32,000 nt of DNA from Candidatus Electrothrix yaqonensis (lineage in GTDB: Bacteria; Desulfobacterota; Desulfobulbia; Desulfobulbales; Desulfobulbaceae). Shown one piece after another: positions 25,742 through 32,000 of the stretch. A program made the translations under genes and the position numbers. A model generated the notes under the pieces. It was not told the DNA's origin and searched no databases. It saw only the letters and a list, made by a program, of their open reading frames with translations. The stretch is taken from positions 3,600,001 through 3,632,000 of the forward strand of contig CP178758.1 of NCBI GenBank assembly GCA_047651235.1, in the 5' to 3' direction. Each line of letters begins with the position of its first letter. The first letter of the stretch is position 1.

Positions 25742-26214
25742 TGACGATGTTCAACAGACAATTCTATAAAAAGAAGAAACGGCATATCCTGGTCTGGTTG
25801 CCGGTTTTCCTCTGCTGCGTGCTGGCCGCTCCAGCTATGGCGGTGGAGATACAGGTCTCGGTAGAACTGAACCCGACCAGTTTTACGGTGGGAGCGACAG
25901 CAGAACTCACGGTGACCGTGAACGGCACCAGCTCGGCCACCCTGGAAATACCGGAGGTGGACGGCCTGGATTTCCAGCAGAACGGTCTGTATCAGCAGAC
26001 CACGGTTACCGGCGGGAAAGTTATTGCTTCTGTTACCTACAATTTGATGGTCCAGGCTGACAAGCCCGGAGATTATACCATCGGGCCGGTCAGGGTCAAG
26101 GCGGACGGTAAGGTCTATACCACCAAATCTGTCAAGTGCACGGTTCTGGCCGCCCGAAATTCCGCTTCCCAAGATAGAGATACCGAGGAGAAGGCGGACA
26201 GGATCTGGTTATGA
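25735..26214 (+). CDS. Stand-alone BatD N-terminal-domain paralogue (secreted)
   Basis: It has a signal peptide (HILVWLPVFLCCVLAAPAMA). The following domain is closely similar to residues about 33-140 of the next gene: 32/43 and 26/31 identities in two blocks counted by hand. Its start overlaps the previous stop and its stop overlaps the next start (ATGA at 26211). Confidence 0.65.
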   Translation: MVMTMFNRQFYKKKKRHILVWLPVFLCCVLAAPAMAVEIQVSVELNPTSFTVGATAELTVTVNGTSSATLEIPEVDGLDFQQNGLYQQTTVTGGKVIASVTYNLMVQADKPGDYTIGPVRVKADGKVYTTKSVKCTVLAARNSASQDRDTEEKADRIWL

Positions 26215-28136
26215 AGGCATGGGGAAATCAATGCCGGTCGGTTGCTGTCCGGACATGGCTGCTGGCTCTCCTCTGCTGTGCGTTTGCTGCTCCAAATGCG
26301 GGTGCGGCAGCAGATATTCAGATCTCGGCGGAGCTGAACCCGACCGAATTTACGGTGGGTGAGACAGCCGGACTCACAGTAACTGTGAACGGCACCATCT
26401 CGGCTGAGCCGGAAAGACCGGAAGTGGACGGACTGCGTTTTTACTACCGTGGTCCGAATCAGAGTCGGCAGATCTCGTGGGTGAACGGCAAGGCAAAGGT
26501 ATCTTCTTCTGTTACGTTCAACTTTCTGGTTCGAGCTGACAAACCCGGAGATTATACCATCGGGCCGGTCAAGGTCAAGGCGGACGGCAAGGCGTATACC
26601 ACTCAACCTCTCAAATGCACGGTTCTGCCTGCACAGAACGCAAACTTAAACGCAACCGGACAACCGCAGCCGCAGACCGGGAAGACTCCACAGGGTGCTG
26701 CCCGACCGACCCGCCCCGATGTTGCCGGGCAGGTCGGCTTCATGCGGATCATGCCGGAAGCAGAACGCATCTACTCCGGCCAGCTGGTTCCCTTTATCCT
26801 GAAGGCCTATTTCCGATCGGGAATACGGATTACCCTCAAATCGGCACCCCGTTTTTCCGGGGATGATTTTCTCCTTCATTCGCTTGACGAAAAACCGCAG
26901 CAGCGGCAGGAACGGTTTAACGGCAGGCCGTATACTACCCTGACCTGGCAGGGATCTCTGTCCGCTGTCAAAGAGGGCACGGTTCCGCTGATCGTGGAAA
27001 TGGACGCGGAAGCTCTGATTCGGCAGCAATCCCGCCGTCGGACCGACCCGTTCGGCTCCTCCATGTTGAACGATCCGTTTTTTGACAGCTTTTTCGGCCA
27101 GTATTCCACCCATGAGGTAAAAATCACCAGCCCGGAAAAGACCATCACCGTGCTGGACCTGCCTGCTGCAGACCGTCCGCCTGATTTTCACGGAGCCATC
27201 GGCAACTTCAGCCTGTCTGTGGCAGCTTCGCCGCTGGACGGCAAAGTCGGTGATCCGATTACCCTGAAGATGCAGATTACGGGCAGCGGCAATTTTGATC
27301 TGGTCCAGGCCCCGGCACTCACCGGGAGCGAGGGCTGGAAGACCTATCCGGCTGCGGACAGTTTTGCTGAGCAGGGCAGCGGCAAAGGCAAAAAGACCTT
27401 TGAACAGGCGGTCATCCCGATCAAACAGGGGGTGACCGCTGTTCCGTCGCTCCGTTTTTCTTACTTTGATCCGAGTACAGAGGACTATGTTACCCTGACC
27501 AGTGATCCGATCCCGCTGCAGCTCCAGGATGCAGTGGAACCAATGAAACCGGCGGCTCAGCCTCCGGTCAGCACGGTGCAGTCAGCTCAGCCGACACAGA
27601 CGGAAGATGCGGGGAACAACACAGCTCCTGAGAATTCTGCAGCAAAGCCTGCTCCGCATCCGGCCCCCCTGAAAAATGAACTGGGAAAGCTGGTCCCGGC
27701 AATTCAACCTTTGTATCGCAAGCTGTGGTTTCAGGTGATGATCGGCTCTGCTGCGCTCTGTCTCCTGGCTGCTCTGCTGCTCTTTCTGCACAGGAAAAAA
27801 CTGGAAAATGATCCCGCAATCCTGCTCCGTAAGCAGGTGAAACAGCAACTGGCGCAGCATTATCAGGCAATGCAGCAGGCGATTGCTGCTCAGGATCAGG
27901 AGCGTTTTCAGCAGCATTGCCGGACGGCGGTCCAGCAGCGGACCGGGGAGGTCTGGGGGCTTGCGCCGGAAGCCATTACCTTGGCGGATCTGGAGCAACG
28001 GCTGCCGGAGGATGCGCCTTTGCGGAATATTTTTTCCCGCTTGGAACAGAGCGGTTATGCAGGTGAGCACTTAGCGCAGGCCGAGCTGGAAGAAACTCTG
28101 CAGACAACCCGAAACGAACTGGAGAAGCTGGTATGA
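26211..28136 (+). CDS. batD: BatD-like 'oxygen tolerance' protein
   Basis: The 641-aa ORF has a signal peptide (WLLALLCCAFAAPNAGA) and beta-rich repeated modules (FTVGETAGLTVTVNG, FSLSVAASPLDGKVGDPITLKMQITGSGNF). A C-terminal TM (LWFQVMIGSAALCLLAALLLFL) and a cytoplasmic helical tail follow. It sits between the VWA and TPR-SH3 genes, as in bat operons. Confidence 0.75.
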   Translation: MKAWGNQCRSVAVRTWLLALLCCAFAAPNAGAAADIQISAELNPTEFTVGETAGLTVTVNGTISAEPERPEVDGLRFYYRGPNQSRQISWVNGKAKVSSSVTFNFLVRADKPGDYTIGPVKVKADGKAYTTQPLKCTVLPAQNANLNATGQPQPQTGKTPQGAARPTRPDVAGQVGFMRIMPEAERIYSGQLVPFILKAYFRSGIRITLKSAPRFSGDDFLLHSLDEKPQQRQERFNGRPYTTLTWQGSLSAVKEGTVPLIVEMDAEALIRQQSRRRTDPFGSSMLNDPFFDSFFGQYSTHEVKITSPEKTITVLDLPAADRPPDFHGAIGNFSLSVAASPLDGKVGDPITLKMQITGSGNFDLVQAPALTGSEGWKTYPAADSFAEQGSGKGKKTFEQAVIPIKQGVTAVPSLRFSYFDPSTEDYVTLTSDPIPLQLQDAVEPMKPAAQPPVSTVQSAQPTQTEDAGNNTAPENSAAKPAPHPAPLKNELGKLVPAIQPLYRKLWFQVMIGSAALCLLAALLLFLHRKKLENDPAILLRKQVKQQLAQHYQAMQQAIAAQDQERFQQHCRTAVQQRTGEVWGLAPEAITLADLEQRLPEDAPLRNIFSRLEQSGYAGEHLAQAELEETLQTTRNELEKLV

Positions 28137-28924
28137 AGCAACGTACTGTGTCCGCAGCTTTGCTGTATCTCCTGAAGACGGTGCCGGTTGCGCTCTGCTT
28201 TTTTTTATTTTGTTCGATCGGCGGGTCGGCAGGCAATGCCGCCGAAGACCCGACTGCCCTGTTTGAGCAGGCCAATATCGCCCATACGCGCGAAGAGTAT
28301 CAGCAGGCTGTGGACCTTTATCAGACCATTGTCGGCAGCAGTGGGGTCTCGGCCCCGCTGCTGTATAATCTGGCTAACAGCTATGCAGCTCTGGGGAAAA
28401 CCGGCCCGGCAGTACTCAACTATGAACGGGCCCTGCGGCTGACTCCCGGGGATGCCGATATTCAGGCCAATCTGGAGCAGGTGCGCAAGGATGCCGGATT
28501 GTATCGGGATGATAGGCCGTTGTACATGCGGGCTGCTGAACTGCTCGGTGCAGACCAGTGGCTGCTGCTCGCCGGTTTTTCCCTGCTCCTGCTGGCCACC
28601 AGTGCTCTGGTAGCAAACTTGGTTCAAGGAAAACGCATCGTCTTCCGCTTCCTGACAACAGGTTCCTTGATCACGCTGCTCCTGACCCTGCCTCCGGCCC
28701 TGTTCCGCTATCAGGAGTGGAATGTCGGGGTGGTGCAGGAGAACACCCGGCTGCTCATCTCTCCCTTTGCCGATGCAGCCTCGTCCGGCAGCATCAAGGC
28801 CGGTCGTCTGCTCCGGCCGGGCCGGACGCATGGTGATTATGTATTGATTGAGGATGAAACCGGCAAAAGCGGCTGGCTTGCGCGGGACGGCTTTGCCCGG
28901 GTTACGAAAATTCCTGAAAAATGA
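28133..28924 (+). CDS. TPR + TM + SH3b-like protein (BatE-like)
   Basis: The TPR repeats read EEYQQAVDLYQTIVG...LYNLANSYAALGKTGPAVLNYERALRLTPGDADI. The TM segments are WLLLAGFSLLLLATSALVANL and LITLLLTLPPALF. An SH3-like C-terminus follows (GSIKAGRLLRPGRTHGDYVLIEDETGKSGWLARDGF). There is a 4-nt overlap with batD. Confidence 0.7.
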   Translation: MKQRTVSAALLYLLKTVPVALCFFLFCSIGGSAGNAAEDPTALFEQANIAHTREEYQQAVDLYQTIVGSSGVSAPLLYNLANSYAALGKTGPAVLNYERALRLTPGDADIQANLEQVRKDAGLYRDDRPLYMRAAELLGADQWLLLAGFSLLLLATSALVANLVQGKRIVFRFLTTGSLITLLLTLPPALFRYQEWNVGVVQENTRLLISPFADAASSGSIKAGRLLRPGRTHGDYVLIEDETGKSGWLARDGFARVTKIPEK

Positions 28925-28931
28925 ATACTGT

Positions 28932-28985
28932 AAAAAAATCCTGCAGCCCGGCTGCCGATGAGGAGAGGGAGGCCATAGCCGGGCT
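28932..28985 (-). terminator. Candidate terminator hairpin between convergent batE-like and dapB genes
   Basis: AGCCCGGCT (28945-28953) pairs with AGCCGGGCT (28977-28985) in a 9-bp stem with a 23-nt loop. The A7 run at 28932-28938 gives a T-run after the hairpin on the minus (dapB) strand, offset by 6 nt. The loop is long for an intrinsic terminator. Confidence 0.3.
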
Positions 28986-29024
28986 CTGATCAGGATGGGA
29001 TGATATTACGCTGAGATATAACCA

Positions 29025-29837
29025 TTAAAACTCTGCCAGACCAAGCACGTCAAACATGGTATACAGCCCTTTGGGCTGACCGACCACCCAGGCGGCGGCT
29101 TTGGCAGCCCCTCCGGCAAAATTGTCCCGGCTGTGGGCCCGGTGAGTGATCTCGATCCGCTCTCCGGGACCGGCAAAATACGCCGTATGCTCACCGACAA
29201 TGTCTCCGGCCCGGATGGTCTGAATGCCGATTTCCTTGTCCGTCCGCTCACCGATCATGCCGTGCCGCTCAAAAACGCCGACTTCAGCCAGATCCCGGCC
29301 CAAGCCGGAAGCCACCATCTCACCGAGTTTGAGGGCAGTGCCTGAAGGCGCATCCTTTTTCATCCGGTGATGGGCCTCGACAATCTCCACGTCATAGGCA
29401 TCGCCGAGCACGGCAGCGGTTTTTTCCACCAGCTTGAACAGCACATTCACGCCCACAGCCATGTTCGGCGCCTGCACGCAGGGAAAATGCCCGGCAGCGG
29501 TTTCCCGGAGCACGGTCAGATTATCGGCGGACAGCCCGGTGGTCCCGATCACCATAGCCCGGCCATGTTTGGCCGCGACCTTGATAAACTCCATGGTTGC
29601 CTTATGAAAAGTGAAGTCAATAATCACTTCGCCCTGGTCGATCACTGCTTCCAGACTGTCAGCGATCTGCACTCCGACAGTACCCAGTCCGGCGACCTCG
29701 CCTACATCTTTGCCCACAGCAGGGCTGTCTGCCTGTTCAAAAGCAGCAGCCAAGGATAGATCAGGATGCTGGTGCACCAGATGACATATGCGCTGTCCCA
29801 TACGACCGGCTGCACCGGCTACAATTACTTTGCTCAT
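29025..29837 (-). CDS. dapB: 4-hydroxy-tetrahydrodipicolinate reductase
   Basis: The 270-aa ORF starts MSKVIVAGAAGRMGQRI, the NAD(P)-binding GxxGxxG motif. It also contains DFTFHKATMEFIKVAAKHGRAMVIGTTG and EIVEAHHRMKKDAPSGTA. Confidence 0.95.
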   Translation of the reverse strand: MSKVIVAGAAGRMGQRICHLVHQHPDLSLAAAFEQADSPAVGKDVGEVAGLGTVGVQIADSLEAVIDQGEVIIDFTFHKATMEFIKVAAKHGRAMVIGTTGLSADNLTVLRETAAGHFPCVQAPNMAVGVNVLFKLVEKTAAVLGDAYDVEIVEAHHRMKKDAPSGTALKLGEMVASGLGRDLAEVGVFERHGMIGERTDKEIGIQTIRAGDIVGEHTAYFAGPGERIEITHRAHSRDNFAGGAAKAAAWVVGQPKGLYTMFDVLGLAEF

Positions 29838-29862
29838 GGCTTTCTCTTGTCTTGATTTCTTG

Positions 29863-29980
29863 TAGGAGTTACGCAGTTGGTTTTATAACCCGCTGATTTT
29901 GTTCAACTGACGGTTTTTGCCTCCAACAAGCGAACCTATTGTAACACTTGAGATTCTTGTTTTCAACTGCGTAACTCCTA
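29863..29980. mobile_element. MITE-like 118-bp element with perfect 17-bp terminal inverted repeats and a possible 6-bp target duplication
   Basis: TAGGAGTTACGCAGTTG (29863-29879) is the exact reverse complement of CAACTGCGTAACTCCTA (29964-29980). TTCTTG directly flanks both ends (29857-29862 and 29981-29986). There is no coding capacity. It lies between murD and dapB. Confidence 0.5.
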
Positions 29981-30054
29981 TTCTTGATTAAAATATCTTC
30001 TGAAGATCGCGGAAACAATACGATTCCCGGCAGCTGTCGCCGATCCGATCTACC

Positions 30055-31479
30055 CTACAACAGAATACCGTCCCGGTCAACAGGCACATTTGTCCGCATG
30101 CCGGTGAGTAGCATGACGCAGCGGGTAAACTCCTTCCCCCGCTCTTCGTAATTTCTGAACATATCAAAACTGGCACAGGCTGGAGCCAGCAGCACGGTAT
30201 CACCCGGTTGAGCCGCTGCAAAGGCCCGGAAGACCGCCTCTTCCATATCTGCAGCGGACTGATGACCGACTCCGGCTGACTCTGCCGCTGATGCCAGCTC
30301 CGGCCCGGCTTCGCCGATAAGCACAAGATGTCTGACATGCTGCTGTAGAGACGGAATCAGGTCGGCAAAGTCACCGCCCTTGTTGCGTCCGCCCGCAATC
30401 AGGACAACCTCTTTTTCGCCTCCCTGCCGGAATCCGGCCAAGGCCGCAGCCACCGCACCGATATTGGTTGCCTTGGAGTCATTGATAAAATGTACCCCCT
30501 CCAGCTCACCAGCCGGGGTCATTCTATGCAGCGGCGGCTGAAAATCAGCCAGCCCGACCCGGATGCTGTCTTCATCGCAACCGAACGCCCGTACCGCCAA
30601 GATAGCGGCAGCAGCATTATACCTATTGACCAGCGAATTGAGCCGGGTTGCCGCAAGATCGTATACTTCAACTTCAGCCTGCCCGTTCGGGGCAAAACCG
30701 GGCTCCAGCTGTACGCCCTGCCCTTCCACCTTTGCTCGGCAGCCCGACCGGGCGCCGAAACCATACACCGCTCCGGCAGTGGCTATCCGACCGGGCACGA
30801 GCTGCGGATCATCCATGCCGATAATGGCCGTATCACCCCGGCCCTGATGAGCAAAGAGCTGCATCTTGGCCGCTGCATAGTGAGCAAAGCTGCCGTGCCG
30901 GTCAATATGATCCGGTGACAGATTGAGCAGCAGGCCGATATCCGGCCGGAATGCTCCGGCTGCCTCCAGCTGGAAACTGGAGAGCTCCAGCACCAGTACC
31001 TCGGCATCACCCGGCTCGCGCAGGTATTCCAGAACCGGGGTGCCGATGTTGCCGCCGACAAAGACCTTTTTTCCTGTGCTCTGCAGAAGATGCCCGATCA
31101 AACTGGTGACTGTAGTCTTACCGTTGGAGCCGGTCACGGCAATCACCGGCACCTGCATCCGTCCTGCAGCCAAGGCCAGCTCTCCAAGCACCGGAACGCC
31201 CCGGCTCCGGGCTGCGTCAAGTATCTTCAGATCCATCGGTACTCCCGGACTGACTACTACCAGCTCCGCATCGGCAAAAAAATCCGCTGTGTGGCCACCA
31301 GTTTCCAGTATAGCTTCGCATTGGGCCAGTGCTGCCTGCTCTTCTGCGGAAACCTGCGGCCTGAAATCGGAAACAGCAACCTTCACCCCCCGCTGATGCA
31401 GATATCTGACCGCTGCCAAGCCTGACCTGCCCAGCCCGACCACGACGGTCTTCATGCCTTTGTTGAAATTATAAACCAT
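30055..31479 (-). CDS. murD: UDP-N-acetylmuramoyl-L-alanine--D-glutamate ligase
   Basis: The sequence contains KTVVVGLGRSGLAAVRYL, the P-loop VIAVTGSNGKTTVTSL, ELSSFQLE, NLSPDHIDRHGS and FINDSKATN. I prefer the start at 31479 (MVYNFNKGMKTVVV, AGGA 5 nt upstream). ATG 31455 is an alternative and the track start at 31545 is unlikely. Confidence 0.9.
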   Translation of the reverse strand: MVYNFNKGMKTVVVGLGRSGLAAVRYLHQRGVKVAVSDFRPQVSAEEQAALAQCEAILETGGHTADFFADAELVVVSPGVPMDLKILDAARSRGVPVLGELALAAGRMQVPVIAVTGSNGKTTVTSLIGHLLQSTGKKVFVGGNIGTPVLEYLREPGDAEVLVLELSSFQLEAAGAFRPDIGLLLNLSPDHIDRHGSFAHYAAAKMQLFAHQGRGDTAIIGMDDPQLVPGRIATAGAVYGFGARSGCRAKVEGQGVQLEPGFAPNGQAEVEVYDLAATRLNSLVNRYNAAAAILAVRAFGCDEDSIRVGLADFQPPLHRMTPAGELEGVHFINDSKATNIGAVAAALAGFRQGGEKEVVLIAGGRNKGGDFADLIPSLQQHVRHLVLIGEAGPELASAAESAGVGHQSAADMEEAVFRAFAAAQPGDTVLLAPACASFDMFRNYEERGKEFTRCVMLLTGMRTNVPVDRDGILL

Positions 31480-31697
31480 ATTTTCCTGCAGCCCGACCGG
31501 ACCTGCGGTATTGGAAAAATTTGAAATTATGGGAGAGCGGTACACTTGTCAACCACCCTGCAGGACGACACATCTTACTCTATAAAGCGGCAAATCCGGA
31601 AGTTATTTTCTTCACGTTTCCGTTTTCCTTATCTGAATTTTTTGCTAACTTAAAAAGTTATCTCAGTGCATCGACTCGAAAATTGAGGAAAGCAGAT

Positions 31698-32000
31698 ATG
31701 GGAGCGCTGTCCAGGGCAAAAAAAGAGAAATATACCTGCTATCAACAACAGCTGCAAAGCCGATGTGAGCAGCAGCACGAATTACTGCGGCGACTGCAGA
31801 GAGATCACGCCATTGTTACTGATCCTGCCGTCAAATTCGAGCGGGAGCAACAGATTGAAGCTGCCCGGAGCGAATGTAAGCAGATCAGGCATGACCTGAG
31901 CCTGCTGGAAGATGCGCTGCGGACTGGTGATGACAGCAGAGTGCCTGCGCGATATCAACGTAAGCCCAAGGCTGAAAGCCCAGCCCGGCAGAACCTGCTG
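31698..32000 (+). CDS. Hypothetical protein, helical/coiled-coil N-terminus only; continues beyond the window
   Basis: It is absent from the track because it is open to the window edge. GAGGA lies 7 nt upstream of the ATG at 31698. My translation has no stop in 101 codons: MGALSRAKKEKYTCYQQQLQSRCEQQHELLRRLQRDHAIVTDPAVKFEREQQIEAARSECKQIRHDLSLLEDALRTGDDSRVPARYQRKPKAESPARQNLL. Confidence 0.55.
   Translation, partial: MGALSRAKKEKYTCYQQQLQSRCEQQHELLRRLQRDHAIVTDPAVKFEREQQIEAARSECKQIRHDLSLLEDALRTGDDSRVPARYQRKPKAESPARQNLL

Overview
This looks like a chromosomal segment from a Desulfobacterota (deltaproteobacterial) type genome. That assignment is an inference from gene content only: a bat aerotolerance-type operon, a split atpZ/atpI/atpB/atpE F0 operon, and SD-led genes. 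I support about 30 genes. The housekeeping blocks are proS, a RelA/SpoT homologue and an Smr protein (1.9-6.3 kb, +), mtaD plus a purine nucleoside phosphorylase (7.9-10.1 kb, -), hemL followed by four ATP synthase F0 genes (16.2-19.4 kb, -), and dapB and murD (29.0-31.5 kb, -). The signalling genes are a partial REC-PAS-PAS-HisKA hybrid sensor at the left edge, a DtxR-family regulator with a Cys-rich tail, and a HisKA_3 kinase with a LuxR-type response regulator. The accessory content is a secreted Ser/Tyr-rich protein built from 63-bp tandem repeats, an S8 subtilase fused to three Cys/Asp-rich repeats, an acidic secreted protein with a Tat-like signal, and an AT-rich gap holding a possible transposase fragment. 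It also includes a MITE-like 118-bp element with 17-bp terminal inverted repeats, and a bat-like operon (VWA-TPR fusion, duplicated BatD N-domain, BatD, TPR-SH3 protein) that lacks MoxR, DUF58 and BatA upstream. The best candidate for an undescribed system is a clearly lower-GC four-gene cassette at 19.8-23.2 kb. It encodes a membrane TPR protein translationally coupled to a signal-peptide-bearing caspase-like (C14, His/Cys dyad) protease. Two lipoproteins follow, one of which carries 11 tandem nonapeptide repeats (A-x-E-G-D-x-L-D-K/R). No rRNA, tRNA or CRISPR array was seen. All calls come from reading the sequence and the ORF translations, and no database search was possible.
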